NCBI GenBank assembly: GCA_044226015.1
Contig: JBGAHS010000001.1
Span: forward strand, 160,001 to 224,000
Length of the DNA: 64,000 bases
Origin: Candidatus Obscuribacteraceae bacterium
GTDB lineage: Bacteria; Cyanobacteriota; Vampirovibrionia; Obscuribacterales; Obscuribacteraceae
Direction: 5' to 3'
The position numbers were made by a program, and so were the translations under genes. Shown piece by piece: positions 1-9,056 of the stretch (position 1 is its first letter; the number at the start of each line of letters is the position of its first letter). The notes under the pieces are model-generated. The model ran no database searches. It was not told the origin of the DNA and was given only the letters and a program-made list of their open reading frames with translations.

Positions 1-273
1 GTAGCTCGGCGTGATTTGCAAGTCTTCTCGGTTGATCAAGATAAGCATGTCGCAGTGAGTGACTTCTCTCACGTGAACTTGATGTCTTGCGACCCGATAT
101 TGCACCAGATAAGAACGTCACCAGTAGATCAAGACAAAAAGCTATACGGCAAGCTAGAAAAAATGGCTGCTGTCATAACTACTGTTCACGATCGAACTCG
201 TGCACCCTATGTGGTTCCTTATGAACCGATTACGGCGGCACGTGTGGCATCGAAGAGCAAGCCCGAAATCTAG
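1..273 (+). CDS. 3' end of a hypothetical protein starting before the window
   Basis: Frame is open from base 1 (VARRDLQVFSVD...) to TAG at 271-273 and is followed by a terminator hairpin. Confidence 0.6.
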   Translation, partial: VARRDLQVFSVDQDKHVAVSDFSHVNLMSCDPILHQIRTSPVDQDKKLYGKLEKMAAVITTVHDRTRAPYVVPYEPITAARVASKSKPEI

Positions 274-292
274 TTGAATAAACTAGCGAAGA

Positions 293-331
293 GAAGAAGA
301 GGACAGATTTCGTTTCTGTCCTCTTTTTCTT
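293..331. terminator. Probable bidirectional intrinsic terminator
   Basis: Stem AAGAGGACAGA (297-307)/TCTGTCCTCTT (315-325), purine/A-rich before and T-rich after, between convergent genes. Confidence 0.75.
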
Positions 332-343
332 AACGGCTCAGAA

Positions 344-400
344 GTCGCCAGGATGGCGGCGCTCCCAGGCTTTAGGCTGCCAGGATGGCAGTGCCCAGGC
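344..400. repeat. Two copies of a REP-like palindromic unit (GYYGCCA-GGA-TGGCRGY...CCCAGGC)
   Basis: gtcgccaggatggcggcgctcccaggc and gctgccaggatggcagtgcccaggc in the convergent intergenic gap. Confidence 0.5.
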
Positions 401-401
401 A

Positions 402-1754
402 TTAGAATCCGTCGCTAGCGCGTTCTTTCTTAACAGGCACTACGGGAGGAGCAGACTCCACCGGTGTAGGAATCGTCTCGACATCGTCTTTGTGCTTTTT
501 CTTCTTCTCTTTCTTTTCAGGCTTGTCGTCCTTCGCTTCGTCTTTCTCGCGTTTTGTTTTGCTGCCGGAATCGGACGATGTTTCAATATTTCTTTGAGAG
601 CGAGGCTCAGCAGGTGATGAGCTTCGGATTCTATACCCTCCGCGACCGCCGCCACTGCCACCGCCATTGCTGGTGTCGTCCTGTCCATAACCGCTTTCTA
701 CTGGCTGTGATGGCTGACCGCCAGTCTCTTGCCCGATATTGCCCGACTCCGAACCAGATGATGAGCTTGAACGAATTTTGTAACCGCTGGCTCTAGGAGA
801 ACTCTGTCCTGGTTGCTCGTCTGGAGAGGTTTGATTTTGCTGTGCCATCACGGATGGTGCGCTATATCGTGGCGGAAGCATTAAGTATGCAGGCGCTTGC
901 TTGTAAAGCCAGCGAACGGTCGCTTTGTCAGAATTAGACAAGTATTTTGCAATGCCGTTCACACACATCAAGTCATCATTGTATGGACTGTGCTCTTTTA
1001 TTCCCAAGGCATGGCCGAATTCATGAGCTATTCTCGCTTGCAGCTTCTCAAACTCTGGAAGTGCTACAACCTCAATAATTACGGGAGTTCCATGAACAGG
1101 TTTGCCGTGTTGTGCTTCCGCTTGATGCACTTGATTTGCGTCATACAAAATTGCAACGGTATTGCCGCCGGTGCTCACCCCTCCAGCAGACTCATCGCCT
1201 GTCAATCTGTCTGCCCAAAAAAGCAATATGTTAGCCTGTGTGGGGTCGTCGACAAACTGGAATGAGAACAATCCCTCATTCTGGAATTCTCGCCATTGCT
1301 CTATGCCTTGAATAGCAGCCTGGTTCATGTCAGGAGTCCACGCTGCGCACTGCTGGAGACCTGCAATTGCGTTCCGGTCCTGGTTTAGCATGTTATAGAC
1401 TTCTTGCGGTCTTTGCGCGTTGATTGTTTGAATGGGCTCTTCAATCAATTTTTTGCCTGGGCTGATCCATACCTTTAACGGCATGAATCTGCCTTCCCAG
1501 TGCACTAGCTTGTGTCCCAATTTGGGTTCGCCGGGGTCGTAGATTTGCACCGAAGAGTTCTTTGGACGATAAGCTCCATCTTGTAAACTCACACCAGCAG
1601 CGGGTCCTGGCTGAGCACCATTTCCAAAGTGATTATTGAAGTTAGCGCGAGGTAAAGCGCGAGTTTGCGCTAGCGCAAATTGAGGCGAGACGACAGAATT
1701 AAGGAATATAACTGTTGAGATTAACAGTTGAAGATTGCTATCATTTGCAGCCAT
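402..1754 (-). CDS. Secreted matrixin/M10-like zinc metalloprotease with disordered C-terminal tail
   Basis: Signal peptide; HEFGHALGIKEH (HExxHxxGxxH) plus Met-turn DLM; S/G/K-rich tail. Confidence 0.85.
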   Translation of the reverse strand: MAANDSNLQLLISTVIFLNSVVSPQFALAQTRALPRANFNNHFGNGAQPGPAAGVSLQDGAYRPKNSSVQIYDPGEPKLGHKLVHWEGRFMPLKVWISPGKKLIEEPIQTINAQRPQEVYNMLNQDRNAIAGLQQCAAWTPDMNQAAIQGIEQWREFQNEGLFSFQFVDDPTQANILLFWADRLTGDESAGGVSTGGNTVAILYDANQVHQAEAQHGKPVHGTPVIIEVVALPEFEKLQARIAHEFGHALGIKEHSPYNDDLMCVNGIAKYLSNSDKATVRWLYKQAPAYLMLPPRYSAPSVMAQQNQTSPDEQPGQSSPRASGYKIRSSSSSGSESGNIGQETGGQPSQPVESGYGQDDTSNGGGSGGGRGGYRIRSSSPAEPRSQRNIETSSDSGSKTKREKDEAKDDKPEKKEKKKKHKDDVETIPTPVESAPPVVPVKKERASDGF

Positions 1755-1878
1755 AATTAAAGAGAACTAAGTTGAGTGAGGTGGGGCTTGTCAGGTGACC
1801 ATCCTATTCATTGTATCCATACCCAGCATCTTAGTTGTTTTCGCTGTCGTTTTTGGCTGATCTGGAGCATATAATTTA

Positions 1879-2598
1879 ATGTTGCTTGAACTTACCACCC
1901 CGACAATTGAAAGAGAAAGGTTGAAATTGCCCCAGGAGGGATATCAAAGTCTCAGCAAGATCGTGGCAAACGTCATTGCTGATTTGATTAAGGAAAAGCC
2001 CGATGTCTGCCTAGGTTTGCCGACTGGTAGAACGCCCCTTGCTTGCTACAACTATCTTACTGAGATGTCCAGCGACGGTGCAGTCGACTGGAGTCGGGTT
2101 CAGTGCTTCGGTTTGGACGAGTATGTCGATGCCGCCGAACAGCATTCTTTCAGAAAATTTTTGAAAGACAATTTGTATCAGCATACAAATGTATCTAAAG
2201 AGAACCTACACAACCCGATGTTTTGCGATAACTACGATGAGCAAATCGCATCGCTGGGCGGGCTTGACCTCTGCGTTTTGGGGCTAGGTCGAAACGGACA
2301 TATTGCATTTAATGAACCTGGTACCCCGCGCAGCAGTTGGACGCACTCTGTAGTTTTGAGTGAATCGACGCGGCAGGCAAACGCTGAATTCTTTCTGGGC
2401 GGCAAAATTCCGACCCGCGCTGTCACGATGGGGCTGAGTACAATTCTCTCGAGTAAGAGAATTATTTTGATGGTTTCGGGTGATTCCAAGAAATCGATTT
2501 TGACAAAAGCAATGCGTGGACCTGTCACAAGCGAAGTGCCTGCCTCGTTTTTGCAAGAACATGAGAATGTCATGGTTCTGGCTGACTTCGATTACTAA
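1879..2598 (+). CDS. nagB: Glucosamine-6-phosphate deaminase
   Basis: LGLPTGRTP, FGLDEY, LGLGRNGHIAFNEPG, VPASFLQEH motifs. Confidence 0.92.
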   Translation: MLLELTTPTIERERLKLPQEGYQSLSKIVANVIADLIKEKPDVCLGLPTGRTPLACYNYLTEMSSDGAVDWSRVQCFGLDEYVDAAEQHSFRKFLKDNLYQHTNVSKENLHNPMFCDNYDEQIASLGGLDLCVLGLGRNGHIAFNEPGTPRSSWTHSVVLSESTRQANAEFFLGGKIPTRAVTMGLSTILSSKRIILMVSGDSKKSILTKAMRGPVTSEVPASFLQEHENVMVLADFDY

Positions 2599-2643
2599 AC
2601 TTAGTTAGCCCGACTGCTATCTTCTTGATCACCGCTATTTGCA

Positions 2644-3615
2644 GTGAGACAATATGTCCTTGCTGATTTAGTAATGAGTAAGATGAGCAGGGCAGCTAAG
2701 TTCGCCAGAAAATTTTTCGTGGGTTTCATCTGCGTTGCGCAAATTTCGGCAATTGCGATGCCTGCTTTTGCTGAAAGCAATTTGGCGATTCGTCCGGCTC
2801 GTCCACTATTGGGACAAATTCTCAACGTTTCACAGCTTCCTCCTTCAGATCGTGAGCTCGCCGAAGAACTCGAGATTTGGGACATGCTAGTCGAGCTGTA
2901 CGACGCTGAACATCCGCCGACGCCCGCAAGGCGAGAAGTCTTGAGGGCAAAAATTCACGAAACAATCGTTGAGAGTTATCTCGATGTTGCCAGTGTTCAA
3001 GCTGAAGCCAATCGTGAGGCTGGCTTGCTGGATGCGTTGCGTGATAGTGCCCTCGACAAGCGTGACCGCAGTGTAGATCGAAATAATGCGGCTAACTTTA
3101 TTGCATCGGGAACCTTGAATACGGTGGGTTCAGTGCTTGGATTTACAAATGCGATTCCGCCATTTCCTGGTAACTTGAACCAGATGCTTTCCGGTGTTGT
3201 GTCAACTTCGATGTCAACCTACGCGATGAAGCAGAGTGCGGGCGGCAAAACAATAGGACTCGGTAAACCGACTTTGCTTGCAGAGTTGTTTGGGCGCCCA
3301 ACCGATGAGCGTACAGTTTTTCCAGAGAGTGTCTGGAGGTTTTTGCATGGGCATTCGCTCGACCATCAGGACAGGAGTCGAGCCCAGGTTTTAGAAGACT
3401 ATTGGATTGATAAAAAGCACCTGGAAAAACATGGCAGTCGGCGAGAGCAGTTGAAGCTTGATATCGTATGTGGTGTGCCCATGAAAAAGAAAGTGGTCAG
3501 CATTGATGATATGAATGATCAGATTCATATGATTAACGATATCGGTTCAACAGTTGCACGAATGGCGCACCATCTGCGTGACCTTATCTGCTTAATTGAC
3601 ACTGACGTTATTTAG
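2644..3615 (+). CDS. Hypothetical exported protein
   Basis: 323-aa ORF with signal-peptide-like N-terminus (..PAFA); no recognised family; start uncertain. Confidence 0.7.
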   Translation: MRQYVLADLVMSKMSRAAKFARKFFVGFICVAQISAIAMPAFAESNLAIRPARPLLGQILNVSQLPPSDRELAEELEIWDMLVELYDAEHPPTPARREVLRAKIHETIVESYLDVASVQAEANREAGLLDALRDSALDKRDRSVDRNNAANFIASGTLNTVGSVLGFTNAIPPFPGNLNQMLSGVVSTSMSTYAMKQSAGGKTIGLGKPTLLAELFGRPTDERTVFPESVWRFLHGHSLDHQDRSRAQVLEDYWIDKKHLEKHGSRREQLKLDIVCGVPMKKKVVSIDDMNDQIHMINDIGSTVARMAHHLRDLICLIDTDVI

Positions 3616-3725
3616 TTTTTTTTGAAAATGTAGCAATCCTTTCTGCTCAATTTTTTGAAAGCAGTTCCGATTTGTTCCAAACTCAGTTTTGGAAATATTC
3701 CGACCATGTGTTTCAGTATTTCCAG

Positions 3726-5183
3726 TTACTTTTTTTCTTCGTCGGTATGCGGTTTGACTGCTAGCGCAAGAAAGCCGGCCAGAGCCAGAGATGCGGCCAG
3801 TGCAGCCAGCGAGAACTTGAAGTCGGAATTGAAGTGCTTTATGAAGCCAACGATTGAGGGACCAGCGAATCCACCTAGATTTCCCACGGAATTGATGAGT
3901 CCGATGCCTGCGGCGGCTGCTTCTTCATTCAAGTATGATGTAGGCATTGCCCAGAATGGACCAACAGTTCCCCAGATGCCAAATGCAGTAATGCTCAAGC
4001 ACGCTAATGCGAGAATGGGGTCTTTGAAAAATCCACATGCTAACAAGCCGAATGCTGCGAGTATCGCAGACGCGAATACATGCCAACGACGTTCTTGTTT
4101 TTTGTCTGAATGCATCGCGACAAAGACCATGCCCAATCCCTGAAATACGGCAGGTATAGCCGAAAGCAGCGCTGCGGTGGAGTCTTCGCCAGATTCATTG
4201 TGTGCGCTTACCGCTTGAGTTGCTGCGCTTGCAACTGCAGAGTGCTCTTCGAAGTTCTTTATGATTTGTGGCAGCCATAGTTGAAAACCGTACATACCGA
4301 GAGCAAGCAAAAAGTAGAGTAAGGCTAGATGCCAGACTCGACCGCTAGTAAATACATTCTGTTTTGCAGTTTTGGTGTTTGCTTTTGAATCAAGTTCTGT
4401 GACTTCCGATGGCTCAGCAGATTCACTTGGGTTAGCTTCTTCAGTGTGCTGCCACACAGTTCGCTTTTGCTCAGAAATTTTGTTCAGAAGCCAATTTTTT
4501 TCATCGTCTTTCAGCCATTTGCATTCATGCGGACCGTCAAGCAACACGAAATAAACGATTAGTCCCAGGAAAATTGCTGGCGTTCCTGTGATGATGAAAA
4601 GCCATTTCCACCCTGGAAGACCCATTACTCCGTGCATCAGCAGTACCCGCGAACTCACCAAGCCGCCGACAACTCCAGCTAGAGGTATTGCGGTCATAAA
4701 TCGAGCTACCGCTTTTGCGTGTTCTCTTTTTGGAAACCAAAATGTCAAATATAAAATCATGCCGGGAAAAAATCCGGCTTCTGCAACACCGAGCAAAAAT
4801 CGCATTGCGTAAAACCAGTAAACATCTTTCACCATGCACATGGAGGCTGAGATGCCGCCCCAGATAACCATGATGACAGCTATCCACTTTCGTGCGCCTA
4901 GCCTTTTCACCATGATATTGCTCGGAACTCCGAACAAGAAATATCCAATGAAAAACGCGCCTGCTCCGAGTCCAAAAACGCCCTCGTCAAATCCGAGGTC
5001 TCTGTTCATTTGCAAACCCGCAAATGAAACATTGATGCGGTCCAAGTATGCCACCACATATAGCAGCAGCATAAATGGAATTATTTTCCAACTGACCTTG
5101 TCTAGAACGTATGCATACTTGCTATCAAATGCCGCTTTCTCAGCGTCATCTTGTGGTGCACTTTGTTCAGGTGTTTGTGTCAA
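3726..5183 (-). CDS. MFS transporter, anion:cation symporter type
   Basis: YLDRINVSFA, RFLLGVAEAGFFPG, GLINSVGNLGGF motifs; about 12 TM segments. Confidence 0.92.
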   Translation of the reverse strand: MTQTPEQSAPQDDAEKAAFDSKYAYVLDKVSWKIIPFMLLLYVVAYLDRINVSFAGLQMNRDLGFDEGVFGLGAGAFFIGYFLFGVPSNIMVKRLGARKWIAVIMVIWGGISASMCMVKDVYWFYAMRFLLGVAEAGFFPGMILYLTFWFPKREHAKAVARFMTAIPLAGVVGGLVSSRVLLMHGVMGLPGWKWLFIITGTPAIFLGLIVYFVLLDGPHECKWLKDDEKNWLLNKISEQKRTVWQHTEEANPSESAEPSEVTELDSKANTKTAKQNVFTSGRVWHLALLYFLLALGMYGFQLWLPQIIKNFEEHSAVASAATQAVSAHNESGEDSTAALLSAIPAVFQGLGMVFVAMHSDKKQERRWHVFASAILAAFGLLACGFFKDPILALACLSITAFGIWGTVGPFWAMPTSYLNEEAAAAGIGLINSVGNLGGFAGPSIVGFIKHFNSDFKFSLAALAASLALAGFLALAVKPHTDEEKK

Positions 5184-5880
5184 AACAATTCTCGATTGCT
5201 CGAATTGACTCCACTTTGAATAAGAGGTCGTCTGCTTCTTCTGCTCGCCCTGTTTTTGCTAGAACATGAGCATAGTTTTCGAGGCACATTGCTGTTTTTG
5301 CATGCTCTAAACCAAGCACTGAAATCCAGATATCTAGAGCGCTTAGAAAAAGATTTTCGGCACGTTCCAGATGACCATTTTGAGCATAAACCCATCCTAG
5401 ATGGTTCAAACTCTCAGCAATTGCGGAATCGAAAGGTTCCAGCACACATAGTCTAATAAATAGAGAACGCTTTAGTAAAGACTCGGCAACGTCGAACTTG
5501 TCTCTGTCGTGATACAAGGCGGCGAGGGAGTCGAGCACGGTGGCTAAAAATGCGTCCTCGGGGCGGCACTCAGATTCATAAATATCGAGGCAGCGTTCAT
5601 ACTCTAGCTTTGCGGCGGCGAATTCTTCCCGCTCAAAGTAACTCAAGCCTATATAGTAGAAGAGCTGAGTGATTGTTTCATCTTGAGGGTCAACTGAAAC
5701 TCCGCGTATTGCAAGTGCCTTGCGGAAAGAAGTTTCAGCTGTTTCGGCGTCGCCTGCTTCGAGCTGTTTCAAACCCAGCGAAACCCAAGCATCGGCGACT
5801 GCAAGGTGGTCTGAGCCCAGAAGCTCAGTTAGTCGAAAAACGTTTTCTTTTAGAGCTTGCTCTTCAGTGCCAGAAATCAT
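5167..5880 (-). CDS. Tetratricopeptide repeat protein
   Basis: Kinesin-light-chain-type TPRs (SLNHLGWVY...AENLF...ALDI). Confidence 0.85.
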   Translation of the reverse strand: MISGTEEQALKENVFRLTELLGSDHLAVADAWVSLGLKQLEAGDAETAETSFRKALAIRGVSVDPQDETITQLFYYIGLSYFEREEFAAAKLEYERCLDIYESECRPEDAFLATVLDSLAALYHDRDKFDVAESLLKRSLFIRLCVLEPFDSAIAESLNHLGWVYAQNGHLERAENLFLSALDIWISVLGLEHAKTAMCLENYAHVLAKTGRAEEADDLLFKVESIRAIENCFDTNT

Positions 5881-6030
5881 TTTGCCTCACTGAAATAGTT
5901 CTTATTCCAGTGTAGCAGTTAAAGCCATATGCGGCGAATCTTGTCAGGGGGAATGTGCCAAAACCTATAATTCATAACCCATGGCGCGTTTCAGGTTGTA
6001 TTGACAATATACAGCTCTACGAGTCCGAAT

Positions 6031-6372
6031 TTAGTGCAATGTGGGTGGGTCTTGCAGCACAGGCGGGTGCTTCGCTGTTGAGCGTGGCGGCTTGTAGGGG
6101 GCAGGATTTAGCGCATCGGCTTCTGCGCGATTTTCCATCTGGTGAACGATTTGCGAAAGGCTAATATTCAAACCGTTGCAGATGAACCAGAGAGCGCCCA
6201 ATGTTAGATTGCGAATGCCGCGTTCAACATCGCTAACGTAGGTTCTATGCAGTCCAGATTTGTCAGCCAGCTCTTCCTGAGACATGCCCAGAGAAACCCG
6301 ACGTTCGCGGATTACTCTGCCGAGTGCCTCGAAGGTTGGTTCTAATTCTTTCTTCAGTACGGTTGATTCCAT
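6031..6372 (-). CDS. XRE-family HTH transcriptional regulator
   Basis: LGMSQEELADKSGLHRTYVSDVERGIRNLTL; GGAGG ribosome-binding site upstream. Confidence 0.9.
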   Translation of the reverse strand: MESTVLKKELEPTFEALGRVIRERRVSLGMSQEELADKSGLHRTYVSDVERGIRNLTLGALWFICNGLNISLSQIVHQMENRAEADALNPAPYKPPRSTAKHPPVLQDPPTLH

Positions 6373-6510
6373 CCGTCCTCCATTCCGTGCAAGCTCCAGT
6401 TCAAACCGGATTGCAATAAAGCTAAAGCTGATTCCGTGCCCGGAATACTTTTCAGACCATACTACCGCGACAGTCTTTCATATATCTTTCAAGGCGCAAA
6501 GCCCTGTGGC

Positions 6511-7704
6511 TCAAATGCCTTGAACTTCTACACCAAGAATTCTGTCCTGTGGCGTGATGCGTTGCACTGCTTCCATGCCGCTGAGTACACCACCAAATAC
6601 GGTGTATTTATTGTCAAGTCGTGGTTGCGGACCCAGAGTTATGTAAAACTGGCTGCTGGCTGAGTTCATATCGTTTCCGAATCTAGCCATAGCGACAACA
6701 CCAGCGGCATTGTGCTTTAGCAACTGGTGTAACTCTAGCGGTATATTTCGGACCTTTGAATCTCCTGGAGGAATGTAACCTCCCGTGCCGTCCCCTTTGG
6801 GGCAGCCCGTTTGAATTACGAATCCTGGAACGACTCGATGCCAGCTCAAATTGGTGTAAAAGCCTTTCTGCGCTAGTTCAAGAAAGTTGGCGACCGTTTG
6901 CGGAGCATACTTTCGGAACAATCGAACTTTAATGGGTCCCTTTGTTGTTTGAATAATCGCAACTGGGTCAGGTTTTTGTTGGGCAGCTGCGGCCTTGGCG
7001 GCTTCTTCCGCCGCTTTGCGCTTGCACATGGGACAATCTTTCTCGCCGTTTGTCGAGGGTCCAGCGAGCCCGTCTGCACTGAGCTGCGGGTTTCCATCAT
7101 GATCATGGTGGATCTGAGCCTCCCCCGCACCGCCCTGTCCGGGCATTTGCAAGACGGGGTTGCCTTGAGATGGTGTCATGCCAGGCTGGGACGGATAGCC
7201 CTGTGATGGTGTCATGCCAGGTTGGGAGGGATAGCCCTGTGATGGTGCCATTCCAGGCTGTCCCGCATAACCCTGCGATGGTGCCATTCCAGGCTGTCCG
7301 CCCATCGATTGTGCAGCCATGACTTTGTTCATGAGCCCCTGCGTGTACGCATTCACATCGCCACCGCCTGCTTGTCCTGGCGGGGCTGCGCCGTCAAATG
7401 GCCATCCTGACGGAACAAAAGGTTGTATTGGTGGACCCGATTGTGCTGCCATACCCTGTCCCGGCATCTGCCCAGGCATGACTTGTGCGCCCGGCATTCC
7501 CTGTGGGCCTTGCATTCCCGGGGTTGTCTGGGCGGGCGGCGGGGTCGATGTTGCGCGAGGCATGCTCGGTGCGCCCGGCATGGGAAGCACTACTTCTGGC
7601 GGAAGAAGGTCTGGGTCGGCCGGGCTTTGAGCCACGGCTCCTTGCGGGGCGGAAATGCTTATAAATAAGGCAAGTAGTAAGTTGGCTTTTGTGGTCTTTG
7701 TCAT
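6511..7704 (-). CDS. Exported cyclophilin-type peptidyl-prolyl isomerase with long P/Q/G-rich linker
   Basis: C-terminal WHRVVPGFVIQTG, VAMAR, SSQFYI, YTVFG motifs; start moved to MTKTTK, which gives a signal peptide. Confidence 0.88.
   Translation of the reverse strand: MTKTTKANLLLALFISISAPQGAVAQSPADPDLLPPEVVLPMPGAPSMPRATSTPPPAQTTPGMQGPQGMPGAQVMPGQMPGQGMAAQSGPPIQPFVPSGWPFDGAAPPGQAGGGDVNAYTQGLMNKVMAAQSMGGQPGMAPSQGYAGQPGMAPSQGYPSQPGMTPSQGYPSQPGMTPSQGNPVLQMPGQGGAGEAQIHHDHDGNPQLSADGLAGPSTNGEKDCPMCKRKAAEEAAKAAAAQQKPDPVAIIQTTKGPIKVRLFRKYAPQTVANFLELAQKGFYTNLSWHRVVPGFVIQTGCPKGDGTGGYIPPGDSKVRNIPLELHQLLKHNAAGVVAMARFGNDMNSASSQFYITLGPQPRLDNKYTVFGGVLSGMEAVQRITPQDRILGVEVQGI
7160..7300 (-). repeat. In-frame 36-bp tandem repeat x4 (QPGM[AT]PSQGY..)
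   Basis: Visible in both DNA and protein. Confidence 0.8.
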
Positions 7705-8033
7705 GATCGACTTTCGAGCGAATGTTCCTTCACAAATAACATAATTCGATGCAGCTCGCAATGAAAAGTATGGGGGAAGTCCCATTTGTGAACTTGGGAG
7801 CAGCATTACTGTCAGGTCTCGATCACAAATATGCTTTGATTTTGACACTACATTCAGTGGCGTCTCGTGGCGAGCTGCATGATTGTGCAGTTACATACTG
7901 CGAATCATCACAGCGCCGCTTTTGCTTGTCTAGCCTCGATTTTAGGGTGTTCCAGTATTAATAAAATTCCAGTTTGCGACTAGATGGGGATTTTACGGCT
8001 AGGCGTAATTCGGTCTGCCATTTACCTTGAACT

Positions 8034-8927
8034 TTGTTGCGGGGGGGAAATGTGATGGATAACGTTTGCAAACCACTAAATGTCTTGGACTGGAACGGGT
8101 TTGACATGGTGCGCGAGAATACGGATTGCTCTGCGTATACAACAGCACGAAAGATGTATGACGAGGTTTCGAACAGCACAGTTCTCGTGGAGACAGGCAA
8201 TGATGCGTATCCGCGCAGCCCGAGCTCAGCGCATGTAGGCACCGGCTTTTTTGTAAACAATGGCGATGAGATAGTAACCAATTCGCATGTTGCTGCTATT
8301 GATGATTACGTTGATGTGTTCACTAATGATGGGCGACACTTCCATGCAAAAATTGAAAAGCTTGACACTGAAAATGATCTAGCCTTGTTGAAAGTAGAAG
8401 GTATTGAGCCCGATCCTAAGCGAGCTTTAAAGCCGGGTTCAAGCAAAAATCTTGCGAAGTCAGACGAGGTTATTTCGTTTGGACGTCCGGATGGCTACCC
8501 TGAGACTGTTGCCTCTCCCGGGGTGTTCATCAACAGGGATGAATTAGGAAAGCTGGTTACGGACAAGTCTCGTTTTCCAGATTTGAAGAAAATGATTGAG
8601 CTTGGGCAAACAACGACTGACCCAGTTTTGTCCAGGGAAATTTCGAACTACCTTCAGTCAGAGCGTCTGCATATGCGTATGAATATTCACCATGCCAACA
8701 GTGGTTCGCCATTGCTTGACGCCAATGGCAACTTAGATGGAGTTGTTGCCAATCGTATCAGTGCTGCGCATGCACTTGTGATACCGGCGGAGAAAGTCAA
8801 AGACTTACTGGAAAAGCCGGAAAGCAAATTTAAGTACGAGTATTCTACGGATGCTGCTGGTAACAATAAGCTGCTCGGCATTAAGAGGCTGGATGGAAGC
8901 GACACGCCTCCTGTTGTTTTGAAATAG
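8034..8927 (+). CDS. Trypsin-like (S1) serine protease
   Basis: GTGFF, VTNSHV (His), DLALL (Asp), ANSGSPL (Ser); no signal peptide; start may be the ATG at 8055. Confidence 0.85.
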   Translation: MLRGGNVMDNVCKPLNVLDWNGFDMVRENTDCSAYTTARKMYDEVSNSTVLVETGNDAYPRSPSSAHVGTGFFVNNGDEIVTNSHVAAIDDYVDVFTNDGRHFHAKIEKLDTENDLALLKVEGIEPDPKRALKPGSSKNLAKSDEVISFGRPDGYPETVASPGVFINRDELGKLVTDKSRFPDLKKMIELGQTTTDPVLSREISNYLQSERLHMRMNIHHANSGSPLLDANGNLDGVVANRISAAHALVIPAEKVKDLLEKPESKFKYEYSTDAAGNNKLLGIKRLDGSDTPPVVLK

Positions 8928-9056
8928 ACTAGTTTGGTAGAAACCTTACTTGAAAGAATTACAAGTTGATGCAAAAGTCGAAATTTCGACTTAATCTTTG
9001 CCATTAGTGGTAAAAGTAGAATATCAACATCGTATAAGACAAGAAAGGAGCAGGGA

